Counted from the stretch's first letter, positions 26,675 through 43,016 are shown. The stretch: DNA of 64,000 nt from Ramazzottius varieornatus (GCA_001949185.1 BDGG01000007.1:1942730-2006729), one strand, 5' to 3'. The notes: a model not told the origin generated them from the sequence alone. Numbers and translations are program-made.

Positions 26675-27107
26675 AAATGCTGAAGTAAACTTTCTTATCT
26701 CCTTTCTTTCCAGCGCGTGTTGTGGCTTTTTGTCTGCGCTTTCGTTTGGAAATAACGATACAGCGGGCTGTGCTGGATCGAACCTTGTCGGTCTGGGAGT
26801 TTGCGCATTCGTGGACGACGGTCGTAACCTTCTCGTTCGTGTTTCCCTCACCACGAAATGTTGTCCTGATGGCGAGCCATTCTGGGTTCATGGACAGGGC
26901 GGTTGAAGCCAGAACTGACAGCGAGTGCTAGCCATGCAGTAGTCTGCCATGCAGTAGGCATTGTTGATTTCGGAATTCGGTCTTCCCTTTTTTGCGAGTT
27001 TTCATCTCCGCGAACGGATATTATCCGTTTGACGTTTTCCGTGGGAGTCCTTGCTGTCCGGAAATCTCTATACGCTTTCAGCCAAGACCCGCGGTTCGTT
27101 GAAGGAA

Positions 27108-28146
27108 ATGGCTGAACAGCGTTTGGTACAGGTGGTGATTCCAGTCATCCCCCTGACTCCTGTTGTCAGACCTCCGATTCCTGTTCAACCATCACTCCGA
27201 CCACCGCAATCGAACTCCACGATCCCCGTCACGGCTCATTACTATGAATGTTGTGCCTGCCAAGGGCTCACCAAGCATCTATGCAAGTCCGACTGGAAGG
27301 TAGGACTGTCAGCCTCGTCCAGCGACAGAGAGCAATTTTGAAAAACTCTCGTTGTTTACCGTGTTCGCGCATGTCGTCATCCAACATAATGTCTGCGGCC
27401 GTTCTTGTTTTGACGTAGTGCCCGAGTTGATCAGTGACACCTGTACCATGCCGTGCTCCTCTTTTCAGACAGCCCCAGTTCTCCTTTCGGCCGATCCCGA
27501 CAAGATTCCATCGCACCAGAAACATCGCACCGTTGAGTACAACTTTGTTGGTTACCTGAAGAGCAAGAAGGAGCTGGTGGACCTGTACATGGGAGAAATG
27601 AATCAGACCATCTGTTGCCGAATTTGCGACATTGTCGTCTTCAACATCACGAACCCGGCCAAAGCTCCGCATCTGAACGCTCTGCTGAAGCATGTAACCT
27701 GCAAGAAGCATCTCAAAAAGATTATGGCCAGAAAGTTCGGCAAGGACCTGACTCCGCAAGGCAAAGAGAAGGAGCCCGAATCTTGTCTGTGTCATGTGTG
27801 CAACAAGTTCATCCGACCCAAACATTTCCTTCGCCACAATCAAACGACAAAGCACAAGAAAAAACTGGAGGCCAACTACAGGGCTGAAGATCTGACGAAC
27901 CTCCCTCCGACTCAGGCCAACAAGAAAGTGCAGAAAGCCTTCTTCGATGCGTTGGCTGCCTCTGGAACCTCTAAAGACAAACTCAAGTTCTTCCAGCCCT
28001 TCCTTGAGCAGTTCTGTCCTGGTGGAGGAAGCATCAACAGGAACAACACACCCTTAAAGCCCAAGATACACGCCATACAGCAGAAGGGAGGCGGTACACT
28101 AAACGCGGACTCTGACGACGAGGAAGAAGCCGAAATGGACCAATAA
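27108..28146 (+). CDS. CGGBP1-like zinc-finger protein, paralog 3 (exons 27108-27299, 27469-28146)
   Basis: HYYECCACQGLTKHLCKSDWK|TAPVL; CRIC..HVTCKKH; CHVC..HNQTTKH; EDLTNLPPTQAN...PFLEQFCPGGGSI; same intron position as the paralogs. Confidence 0.75.
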
Positions 28147-28386
28147 AAAATTTAATTCAGGTATTCGGTACCTGGAATTTGGCAGGCTTAGCGGTGTTTC
28201 CCGCTCGGTTGTGATTCGTACCGTCAGTGGAGGATGAACACCTCGTGGTTTGCCAACCAGACACTTCGAACTTCGAGAAGGAAGTAACACGCAGCAATTA
28301 GTTTTGCAACAAAAGAATAAATATCACAGCAGGAAAACAGAAGCGGAGACTGCTGCTAAATGATGAAATGTTGCTGGTAAAGTTCA

Positions 28387-32251
<3,865 letters not shown>

Positions 32252-32972
32252 GGTGACAATCTCCCGAGATTCGCCTTCTTATATACACTTAACAACACCA
32301 ACAACCATACACGGCCGACGACAGGAGGAAAAGCAGCTGCAGCAGAAAAACTCGAAAATTACAAACTTCACGAATCAGGAAAATAAAATACCCCAAAATC
32401 CACAAGCAGACCGATGACGCAAATAATGGGAATACCATAAAATTTGTACAGTTGATTGATCAAGTTGATTGCGTTGAATGTACTGACGCATGGGTTAGAG
32501 CACTGGGCCGCGGGTCCAAAAGTACGCCGTAACTGTGCTGTGCATATTATCAGGGCGCTGCACACTGCGCTCCGCTGCACAACTTTCATGCCCAGTGGCT
32601 AAGCAGGTGTGCTGCAGATGCACGTTGACCTGGTGCAACTGCGCGGAACGCCGATGTATTGACGTGGTTTGTCATTTAGTCAGCGAAATCGGTAGTCAAC
32701 CTGGAGAACGTTACTCTGAAGTACGGCAGAGCTGAGACGGCTGACGTTCGAATGCCCAAAAACTGTAACTTTCGTTAGGTTTCGGTAGGTGCATCTGCGC
32801 GGTAGTCAATGGCTTTCTGCTGTATGCTGTGCTGTGCCGCAAAAATTTCGTCAGTTCACGCGCTGTAGCTGTGCTGCAGCACAGCACAGCTGCAGTACAG
32901 TACAGCGCATGCGGCCAGATTCCGTGCTCTAGCATGGGTGGCGGGGCAATAGAATCTCCAGACCAGCCCCTA

Positions 32973-33532
32973 AGGTTGTAAATTCCCAAGTCCATCCCTT
33001 TCTAAATTCCGTTCCATTCGTGGAATTCCTTTCCGTTCCGAGGGGTAGCCGTTTGGAACGGTGGAATTCCTGTTTGGAAAACTAGCAGAAATCGGAGAAA
33101 ATTAGGAATTCCACGAGGTAAACAGTCGAAGATCCAGCAGAACCTGTCGAAAAACTGAACCCGATGCTGACTCACACATCGTTCAGTTGAACGACCAATA
33201 GCATTTACGATCCGTCGCACTAAAGTATGGGGCGCATTCAACTGTGCGTAAGTCCTTGATTTTCCCTTGGACTTTCAGGTCCGACAAAACCGAAAGTTCG
33301 GATCGGCCAATCTCCAGCTGGCTTTCAGCCTCAAAACCAATATTTGTTGATGACTTCAGATCATGTTTACTGATTTAGATGGGTATGTAAAAACAACCAA
33401 ACTGGTAAATGGGATTTTGGAATTCCAAATTTCTGCGAGGACCTTCTGGAGAAGGAAATAGGAATATAGCAGTATTAGGAATTCCTTTCCTATTTTCCAC
33501 TTCAAGGGTATTCGGCCTGGAATTTACAACCT
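32973..33532. mobile_element. MITE with 14-bp TIR AGGTTGTAAATTCC flanked by TA (Tc1/mariner-like target site)
   Basis: AGGTTGTAAATTCC at 32973-32986 and GGAATTTACAACCT at 33519-33532; TA on both sides (32971-72, 33533-34); degenerate extension of the TIR; internal GGAATTCC-type subterminal repeats; no coding capacity. Confidence 0.75.
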
Positions 33533-33714
33533 TACCACCCCCTGGCCGTAAGCAGAGACAGATCGGCAGGTGACCCCTGTACCAACCGTTGATTTGACTA
33601 CTTTTCGCAAATCACAAGACTGCAGCACGCTTAGATGCAAACAGTAGTTGAGTAGCCACCTGACGCTGTCAATTCTTACAGCCAGGTTCTGGTCTAAAGA
33701 TTCTATTGCGCAGC

Positions 33715-34382
33715 TAATGCTGGGATAAATACGATAAAATACGATATGATATTTTCTGATAGATATCCTTCAATATTTATATTCCGTTTTAGATATCAAC
33801 CACGTATCGATATTTCGATATGATACGTTTCTGATATTTTATTGTTGATATATTGAATTTTATTGCAGTGATATATCGATGTATCAATCCAGTACCATGT
33901 TGAAAACTATCGAAATCAAGAAAGAGCCAAAGAGAAACAAACGGCTGTCGTTCACTACGTTCGAGTCAGAACAAAGGTCAGATGTCTTCGTGTACGCGAG
34001 TGTGTCTGTTGCTCAATCTATCAAGGTCTGTCGTTACAAACCTAGGTACGCTGACTGTTCACTTCTCCGAAGTCAGCTTGGATGCATGTGCGCGATACAT
34101 TACGGACGAGGCTGCGCTGCCTGCGCGGTACCGAACCGGAGTATTGACTTCCGAAGTTCCGATTCGCAAGTGCGGGTTTGCGATTTATCGATGTATCAGA
34201 AATGTATATCAGAAATAGGTATACATATCGATATACCGCGATATGATATTTTCATTTATCAGATTCCGCTCAGCGATATTCCGTCCATATCGATATTTCG
34301 ATATGAGTTTTTTGTCATATCAAATCACTGTGATGTGATATATTTCGATAAGATACGATATATGATATTTATCCCAGCACTG
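33715..34382. mobile_element. Non-autonomous hAT-type DNA transposon
   Basis: 17-bp TIR (TAATGCTGGGATAAATA / TATTTATCCCAGCACTG), perfect 8-bp TSD TGCGCAGC at 33707-33714 and 34383-34390, and dense subterminal (C)GATAT repeats at both ends. Confidence 0.9.
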
Positions 34383-34501
34383 TGCGCAGCCACCTATGAA
34401 CCGATGGTTGTCGTTAGCATTGATTAGAGCATGTTGATTGAGCATCCGGTGGAATTCGAATCTTTGATTTTGTCCTTTCCTTCCAGCGGTTTAGCTTCAA
34501 G

Positions 34502-36636
34502 ATGACCTCAATACGGAAACGGGAGATCAAAGGAGGAAGACGACGACGAGATAGCGCTGAAGATGGTCAAGACGTCGCACGTTCGAACGATGAGCACGAA
34601 GCAGAAGTGCTGCCTTCAGCCGTTCCTTCGGTTGAGCAGCGTACAACTTCACCTCCTTCCATTCCAGACAGCAAACCACCCGTCCTTCCCGACTTCTGGG
34701 ACTCTTTCAACACGCTATACTACTTTGGAGTCTTCCTGTTGATTGGTGTACCGATATGGTGGGTAACCACCACGACGACATACTCGTCGTTGCCGCACAG
34801 CCAGATCGCCGCCTTGTCCACCTTCGCGCAAGAGAAAGGCCTTCTGCGCTCTCATCAGTTGCAGGACAGGGTATGACGGTAGCGTCCTACGAAGTTTGGG
34901 GAATGATAAGGTGGGTTTTTTGCAGACAGTGACGGTGGTCGAGCCTGCGCAGAAATGGAAGACGTTCTGGAATCTGCCTCCACTCACCGCCGTCGATATC
35001 GTCTTCACCCTCGTTAATCCTTCTCCAGAAAAGCTCAAGGTTACGTGGAACATCGAAGAGAGTTTAACAAGTAAGTTGCCATATTTCCGGGATCAAACCG
35101 CGTCACTTTAATTACTTTGCAAATTTCCGTAACAACACTCACAGCAGTTTCGACTGACTGTAGGGCATGCGCAGTGACGTCATGCGTACTTGTCGCGTTA
35201 TTCGGTATGTGTACCCTTTTGGGCGCAGTTTCGCGATGACGTTATGCGCGAGCGCATCTGGGTAGGCTAGTATTGAGTTTCGCACCGCTATTTATTTTTG
35301 AATTCTCGCGCCAGAACACTTGGATCCCGTTCTGTCCCGCTTCCTGCCAATTGCCAACTTCACCGTCTCATCGCAAGTTGTCAGGTATATCGATGCCCAA
35401 ATGGCCGTCGGGTCGGACAGCGAGACGGGAAAGAAGACACTGACGTTCCGAGAGGCAGCAAAAATCATCAACAGTGTCGAGAGCCGACTGGGTAAAGGCA
35501 TTTCTCCCTGTCTATCAACCATTTTGTCGGCTTCTAGTACATTTCTGATATTTTAGGTGCGAGTTCTTCGGACAAGCACGTGCTGAATTTCATCGTCTAC
35601 GTCCCGCCACCGGAGCAACAGCCGACTACCTTGGTGGACGCTGATGGCGCTGCTGTCCCAACTAACGCATTCATTACGCCTCGATGGGGAGGTGTCATGC
35701 TGTACACGCTCCATGGTGCCGCTCTGCCCCCGTCGGAAAGGCATCTTGTTGAGATCGATGTTGACTCGGTCACCAAAGTCTTCCTGACGCAGTTCTTTAT
35801 GCATATCGGACTGATCGATGTAAGTATGATGTCAAGTCAGTCTGTGGTATCGCCCAGGTAAATTCCTTTTCTTCCCTTTAGACTGAACAAAAGTACGCTG
35901 CAAACGTCGACTTCGAAAAGGTAGGTGGAAAGTTCTGAACTGGACAAATCATGGTCTTATTTTAGCTTGGTCATTTGTTCTGTGTAGGATTTGGATGCTT
36001 TGTTGATCAAGCGGATGCAGTTAAACGTCGATGACTCGATATCGACACTGAAATCGCTGTCAAACTTGCTGGGACAGATGGGTAATATAGCCATCAATGG
36101 CGCTGTCGGTCGCAACATTTACGAGGCTGTCGACGCAATCAAAGCATCCAAGAAGAGCTTTGCCGCCAAAGACTTCCCTGGCGCTTTGGCGCACAGTCGT
36201 CGAGCTTGGGAAAAGTCAGGTATGAGTTTTTTTGTTGTCGCATTTCCATGTAGAAGTCTTTGGCTCCAATTTGAAATGTGCGAAATGTGATCTGACTCCC
36301 CAATATAATGGTGTTTGCTTTGCAGAGAAAGCCTTTTACGATCCGTCACTGTTGGAGCAGCTGTACTTTCCCGAGGACCAAAAGTAAGCAAGCACTCCCA
36401 CTCACCTCTTTTGTAGCTATTTGTGGGTGTAGTAAGCCCTTGTCTAAACATGGGCAGAAGGCCTTGGAGTACCGTCCGACACTGATGTTTATGGTGACGA
36501 CAGGTTCGCCATCTACGTTCCCCTCTTCCTTCCGGCTTGTCTTCCGGTTGTGACCTCCGGTGTCAAATGGAGTATGACTTTCCTCAAGTGGCGCAAATTC
36601 AACCAGGCTCAAAACACCAAACAGCCCCTGGAATAA
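34502..36636 (+). CDS. PIGS: GPI transamidase component PIG-S (about 8 exons)
   Basis: YFGVFLLIGVPIWWVTT..SLPHSQI, IVFTLVNPSP, ANFTVSSQV, IINSVESRLG, VLNFIVYVPP, NAFITPRWGGV, TLKSLSNLLGQMGNI, AFYDPSLLEQLYFPEDQK|FAIYVPLFLP; stop 36634-36636. Confidence 0.93.
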
Positions 36637-37078
36637 TTCACAGGGAACTTATAAAACTCGTACATCGTGTTTGTTGACACTTTCAAGCGTTTCTGACATT
36701 CTGACAGGCTGCTTTTCCGCGCAAATAAAAGATACAGAATTCTTCTCCTGATCCGTTTTCCTTCGAGACATTGTGATATTGGTCTTGTTATTTTCTTTTT
36801 GTACCTTTTGACTTGTCTAACGCATAGATAGTAAAGTGAGTACGCGGAAAATACGAAATATCAAGGTTCGATTTTCGGATCCGGCCTCATCAAAAGTAAA
36901 GTTGGAAGAAACGATGTGGTCATTCTAATCGAATTACCAAGTAAATCAACTCTAGCACGAGGGTTCCTTAATGAGCTTTTTGTAGTTGCACAAGAAAGGC
37001 CTGATTAAAAAGATGAATGGGATGGTAGAACGGCTGGCGGCGGTGGTGGGGACTGACTCACTTTTTTCAGTGTATGTA

Positions 37079-37821
37079 CAGGGTGATCCCTGTAGGTTGG
37101 AACGATTTTGAAAATTCGTGGTAAAGTCGCTTCTAGCTATACAATTCCGAACTCCAACTCGTTCGACAGAGCATGTCTTCATCTTGAATTTTTGTGAAGT
37201 TCTCCTCAACAAAACATTGATCGTTTAATTGTTGTGAGCCACTGGAAACACGAATTTTACGGGTAAAATGTGGGTAAAAAGCGGTTAAATTATTTATATC
37301 TGACGGGAAAAACGATTACATTTCCTCACAAAATTGTTTTACGAAAGAAGCATGTTTGGACTGACTATTACAAAGCAAACCGACCGCTCGAACACGCTGT
37401 GGACGGAGAAACTGAAAATAGTCAAAACAAAACGCGGAAAATCTTGCTTACCCCCCTCAGTTACAGCAATATTGTCGCTCACAGATCCAACCATGTGCAC
37501 GAACTCCTGAATGATATTTCTCTACTACAACCTGAAGGCTTTTCCGAAAGAATAGCATCAGCGAAATTATTCTGAAACGTTTCGCACGCAAGCAAACCAG
37601 CCTGAAGTGCATTGTATGTTGATTTCGGGAAAACGTTTTGTTTTACACCTAGTTCACGTCTTCAGCACTGTGATCCTTCTGGACCACGACACCCCGACAA
37701 AATTTCTACATAATGTTTTTGATAGTTACACGTATCTGGGAACGAACTTTCGAAGTAGTGAAAACACTGCTCATTTTTCTATTCACGTCCAAAATCGTTC
37801 CAACTTATAGGGATCACCCTG
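37079..37821. mobile_element. Non-autonomous Tc1/mariner-type element (743 bp)
   Basis: 32-bp TIR CAGGGTGATCCCT(G/A)TA(G/A)GTTGGAACGATTTTG at 37079-37110 and 37790-37821 (2 mismatches); TA duplication at 37077-78 and 37822-23. Confidence 0.9.
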
Positions 37822-38418
37822 TATTGTGCAACACTCAAAGACATGGACGTCAGTCGTCGACGTCCGCTCCACAATTGTCTTCCCGCTAGATGGGATGGAT
37901 TAGCTGTTAGATGCAGACTGTGATGACTAGGTGGCCTGGCTGGCTGTCCGCTAACTGCAGCACAGCTTGGCTGCAGTGGAATGATGGTACTACGTGCTCC
38001 CCAAAGTTTGTTCTTTTGCGTAGGTACACAGGGAGAAAGTGTCATGTGCCTCCCCCGCAGCTTGCCGTAATTGTAACCTCCATCGATGGCCATTCTTCGC
38101 ACTCGTTATCAACTCGCGCACACACACACCCATACTTTGCCTCCTGTGCTCTCCAGTACGGAAGTAGGGATCAGGGAACCATAAAAGACAACATCCCCGA
38201 CTGTTCGACGGAAACAGCTGACTTCTTCCTGATTTTGGGCCAACTCTGATATCTATCGCCCTCGTTGACAACAAACTTTCTGCTTACAGACCTACATCTA
38301 CGTTGTCATTTTTGAAGCTCCTTACTGAACAAGTCTTCTGTCTTCACTTTTCATCGCATCACTAGAGGTTTTTGGGGAATATCACATATTGGGCTTGAAT
38401 TAGAGCGGCTTTTCGACG

Positions 38419-39308
38419 ATGAAGTCTCAAGCGGAATTGTGCACCGCACTGGCCTTTACTGTCATGCTGGCCTGTTGCTCTTCCGGCTTCGTGTCGGCCT
38501 GGCACCCTGACAAGAAGATCGCCAAGTGGGATCCATCTTTCTTCCAGCCCGTCATCTATGTGAGACTAACTTTCCTATGACATTTCAAAATACTCCCTTT
38601 CACCTTCCAACTTCTGTCTTGTGGAACTTTGAAATCGCTTCTGATACCTGCAAATTGTTGCGTATCGCACGGAGCCTACATTTCACTGCAATGACACTGA
38701 TATCGAGTGAAGAAAACCCGCGAAATTTTTATCGTCGAAAATGAGAAAAGTTCAAATTGATCTTTCTTCGTTTGAAGAAAAAAGATCAGGCTGGAAGCCG
38801 TTTTGCAGCAAGATTGCTAGAAATTCAAGGAAGTTGATTTCATGGTTTTTCGAAATTAACTCTCAACTCAAGGTTTTCGGATAATAAGCGAATACCATCT
38901 ACAGAACCAGCGTAAGTTTTTGGAAAATGTACGATTTCTTCTTTGTCCGCAGAGAGCTTGTGGTCGTGTGGGTTCGCCGTGCGGGCAACGCATCAAGCAT
39001 TTTGGCATATCTTGGAGACCTATCGGCTGCTGCAGTGGGCTGGAATGTGTCGATGTTGGACATGGATCTTTTTGTGCCGAACCGTAAGTACTGCACTCCT
39101 TTTCCAGTCATAATTTGTCCCAGGCACTTTACCTATTGCTACTTATCTTATCCCAAACCCAAGGGTGATTCGATCGAGAAACCATTCCGCACTTTTTTAT
39201 AGGTTGGACCTAACAGACGAGTCAGAAGAGCTTAGCAGCAACAGCGAGGAGCTCGCGGGAGAGGACTCGAGCACTTCCTCATCGGAAGTGCCACAGTACG
39301 AGAACTGA
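38419..39308 (+). CDS. Secreted inhibitor-cystine-knot (knottin)-like peptide precursor, about 125 aa, 3 exons (38419-38559, 38953-39083, 39203-39308)
   Basis: Phase-consistent GT-AG splicing gives MKSQAELCTALAFTVMLACCSSGFVSA-WHPDKKIAKWDPSFFQPVIY|RACGRVGSPCGQRIKHFGISWRPIGCCSGLECVDVGHGSFCAEP|LDLTDESEELSSNSEELAGEDSSTSSSEVPQYEN*: a signal-peptide-like start, a C-C-CC-C-C framework and an acidic tail. Confidence 0.8.
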
Positions 39309-41521
39309 CGAGCTAATTAAGCCCCACACACCTGAGACCTCAAGGCAAAGTGGCACCAATCTTGTGTCAACGGAAGAGCAGCTTCACCTCCCCCAAGAAA
39401 CCTTTCATCCTTTTGTAATCTAAACTTGTCCTGGATGTTCGGCACGAAGATCCCTCTGGGCCAAATTATCATAACCTTTGCAGCTTATTCCCCAATCACC
39501 ATTATTTCTCTCAACGTAGTATTTGAACGATCGATTCCAACTTGTCATCAAATAAATGCGGCAGAAGCCTTTTTGTTTTATCCACGTACATCTACTCTGG
39601 TCTTCGTGCTAGCAGTGAACGTCAAAACGAGAGCAACCGGGACAACAACACGACATCGAAAGAAACATGAACAGAACTCGACACGACCGTTATCTCAAGT
39701 GGCGCAGTTTTCCTTGTTCTTAGCTGGAAACGTGCGCCACTTATAGATAACGATCATCCCGAGATTGTTTGCCGGCCTCCCAACTTTTGGCCGCAAACTA
39801 CTCAAGTCGAGAGATCTAAGGTCACTCCTTGTGATCCAAAACAGGAAAATTTCGCCACGATTTTACGCGGTTCTCAGCGACTGCATCAGGTGGGTACAAG
39901 GTCGCGTCGGAGTCGGGACAGCCGGGGTATTCGCGACCTCATCCATCGCACGGGACGGTCTTCGAACAGGAGGCGCAGCTTTCAGTCGCAGGTCGCACTA
40001 TGGTCTTCTCCTAATAGATGAAACGCCATCAAAATTAGTATTCATTACGAAGGAGGGGAAGCCATAATTGGGACGTCGGAAGCTGCATTTATCCAGAAGT
40101 TTATCTCCAGTGGCGGACTATTCACGTTGTCACTGGCTGAGAGCGTGCGTCGCTTGGAAAAAGAATCTGGGTGAATTCATTGGCCGACGTTCCAAACTTC
40201 CAATTATCGCATACTTCAGTCATTTTTTGGCAGCAATTTCATGCATTTACTGTAGGAGCTTGGGGGAAGAGAAACGATAAACTCTCCGCATCCATTTCTT
40301 GCAGCCTCTCGAGAGAAAATTGTTCTTTCTCGGCGGAGGTGCATGCTCTAATTTTTCGTAATGATGATAATCTATTACAGCAGTGCTACTAAATTAACGC
40401 ATACTCAACCACGGGAACAGTAAATGATGCCCGGGTGAGAGTCGTTGAGGCTGCAATGATTCATCTGGTCGTACTGGGCAACGATGACTCATCACGTGGT
40501 TTAGTGCGCGATAATTTGGTAGCACTACAGTATCATCAGGTCCTTTCCTCCTGGTGTGTGAAGAGGAGTTTCCAGTTCCGTCTCCTGCAGTTTTGCGGAA
40601 GCCTTTTGTTCAATGTGGACTCTGGAGCTGACCAGCAACGGTAGCGCTTTGAGTCGACTCAATACTTCGTTTAGTGAACGGCAAGTTTTTTATCATTCTT
40701 CCCTGTTTCAGGGAAGTCTAGACAGCAGTTATCGTTATGCAGTGCAGAAGGGTTTTACAGCGGTGTCGACCTAAGATAGCAACCAGACAGTAACCATAAC
40801 TTTCCTTTGGTGCCGCTCACGATTCAGTATTTTCTGCGGTACTTCCGCTCTGTCGAAACATCCCAATTTTTACTTCAGAACGTCCTACAGAGCCTGGTCT
40901 TTGTTACTAGTAACAATGCGATCTGAGGATCAGTTCGCTCTCATTCAGAAACGGGACGTTACGGAAAGGGATAATCTCCGTTCATCGTACGGTGCGCGCA
41001 GTAGGTGACGCCTCAAACCCCCTGATTTTTTGCCTTCTCGTTTTGTCTAAATGTCCGGCGAGGATTTAGGAAGACAGTTCAAACTCTCTTAAGGGTTTTG
41101 TAATAGTTCGGGAAGGATCGAAATCGACATGCTTACTTTGGACGTTGTTGTCCATCTTCATTTTCGGTGTTCCGTTCGGGTGACTTCCGCCTAGAAATCT
41201 TCAGAACGGAGAAGATCTACTCAACCCTCTATGGTTCAACCGTTTGCTGCTTCATTACAAGAAACGAAGCATATCTTCGCGCCTATTTGGAATGCGTTGA
41301 CGCCCTGAGGAAATTCTAACACTTGAATCGCAAAAGATTTCTGGTTGTCCATGATTCAGACAAAGTCATTGCTGCCCCACTCAGAAGCTGATAAACTTTT
41401 GTTAATGGAACGCCAAACGATGGCTTGGCGTTCACAAAGTGACTGGAAAAAACTGCAGGACAAAGGAACAAAGGGGCTACAGGAGTATTCGACAGGCAGA
41501 GTAACTGAGAAACAAGCCAAA

Positions 41522-42355
41522 TTAAATCGTGTTAGCTTCCGGGTGCGTCGCGACCGCCGGAGGTACGTCGACGTCGACGGCGGAGGACTTCGTTTCAGCC
41601 ACCGCATCCTCCAACGTTTCCACATTCTGTGGAGTGGATTCGGGTATTGTGCTTTCGAACTTTGGCTTCTTGGCTGGCGATTCGCTGGTACCAGGCGGAG
41701 TGACTTCCGGTTTGGAAGTGGCTATACCACCGTGGATAGCTTGTAGCGCCCCATCCAACGTAGCGACCATTCGCTTCTTCGGCTCGACTTTCAACAAGCT
41801 CGTCGCAGCGTATAACGAAGCATTCGCGGAAGCATCGTACATTTCGCCATCATCGAAATCGAAAGCCGACCTGGAAACACAAAAATAAAATGGAAAAAAG
41901 CCATTTTCCGTGCGGGTTGATTGACCGGAAGTTGATTGAATGAGGATTTCCGACAACCGGAAATTACCACGTCTCTGAAGAAAAGAGGACTCACAGCGGA
42001 GTTGGGTTAGGTTTTGCAGGTTGTGCGTGCTTGATAGCTTCAGTAGTAAGAAGTGTCGAGGGAAGATTGGTCTCGAGAGGCTTCTTGATGGGGATGGTGG
42101 TCGTAGATAGTGGCTGCCGTCGACCAGGCGACTTCCATTCCAACTCTGGTATGATGCCATGAGAGAGCATTTCCATGTAAGCGGTTATAGCCGTCACGTC
42201 TGGATGGTAGATGTCTGCAAACAACAGAAACCCCTCTCTGTCGAGCAGGATTGACAGGAGTATCTTCTCGAAGATTCAAAGAGCTGCAGCGAGCGAATGC
42301 GTTTACCGTTTCCCTCGGCGTCAACGTCTTTCTGCCATCCGAAGTCATCCTCCAT
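41522..42355 (-). CDS. PAGR1: PAXIP1-associated glutamate-rich protein 1 (PA1)-like, 3 exons (42355-42307, 42214-41995, 41870-41522)
   Basis: YHPDVTAITAYMEMLSHGIIPELEWKSPGRR, SAFDFDDGE and KKRMVATLDGAL resemble the ELxWKxPGRR, FDFDD and KRxAxLD blocks of invertebrate PA1; splice phases are consistent. Confidence 0.7.
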
Positions 42356-42376
42356 TAGGTCCATCCCTGCGAGCGA

Positions 42377-42424
42377 ATCCCGGAGAAGATCCCGGAGGAG
42401 ATCCCGGAGGAGATCCCGGAGAAG
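42377..42424. repeat. 12-bp tandem repeat ATCCCGGAG(A/G)AG x4 upstream of the PAGR1-like start
   Basis: Four adjacent copies read directly from the sequence. Confidence 0.9.
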
Positions 42425-43016
42425 CTCTAATAGTTGGACCAACCCTGGATGGATTCGTCGAAACTCGCAACTTCCGAAATTTTACTGGACATTCTGATGG
42501 ATGCGCTCAGCGGTGGACGGATGATTTTCTCAGCTGTCCCGTACGACCTGCCATGAAACTTTAAAACGGCCAACTTTGTAACGGCGTTCCGTGTGTTCAG
42601 TAATTTGCTGAGAAAATCATTCGTCCACCGTTGGATGCGCTGGTTGATAGGGGTTAACTTCCGTACCCAGGTGCGTGCAATACAGGTGTGATTTGCGCAA
42701 GCGACGTCGCCATGCGAATTCGCCGCATTCGTGTGGGGCGGAGGTACGCACGTGCACCAATTAAAGCCGGCCAATGCCTTGACTGCGCATGCGTAACAGC
42801 GCGTTCTGCACGACTACATCACAATTTGCTTGTTGATTCGCTTCTGCGCAAATCCCACCTGTACCGCAGTGTAATCCTTGGTCGCTACCCGTTTCAGTTT
42901 TTCTACATCATCGACAGGCTGCGAGCGAGTCGAAGGCGAAGCCAACAGCTTGTTACATATAATAATTGATCAACGACCGTGTTTACATAAAAACTCAAAT
43001 CAAATCCAGAGGAAAT

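Noticed and set aside
33879-34427. 182-aa ORF inside the hAT element
   Set aside because: It reads through GATAT subterminal repeats and has no transposase motifs.
36585-36596. CAAGTGGCGCAA match to the family A arm
   Set aside because: It lies in PIGS coding sequence (LKWRK) with no partner arm, so it is most likely chance.
39560-41300. Possible minus-strand spliced gene (MKMDNNVQ|gtaagc near 41135-41160 and exon-like pieces)
   Set aside because: I could not build a stop-free, phase-consistent exon chain or recognise any homology.
42365-42442. In-frame LLRDLLRDLLRDLL (LxxLL-like) extension upstream of the PAGR1-like gene
   Set aside because: It is produced by the 12-bp tandem repeat and that ORF starts at TTG; the first in-frame ATGs lie downstream (42364, 42355), so the repeat is probably untranslated.
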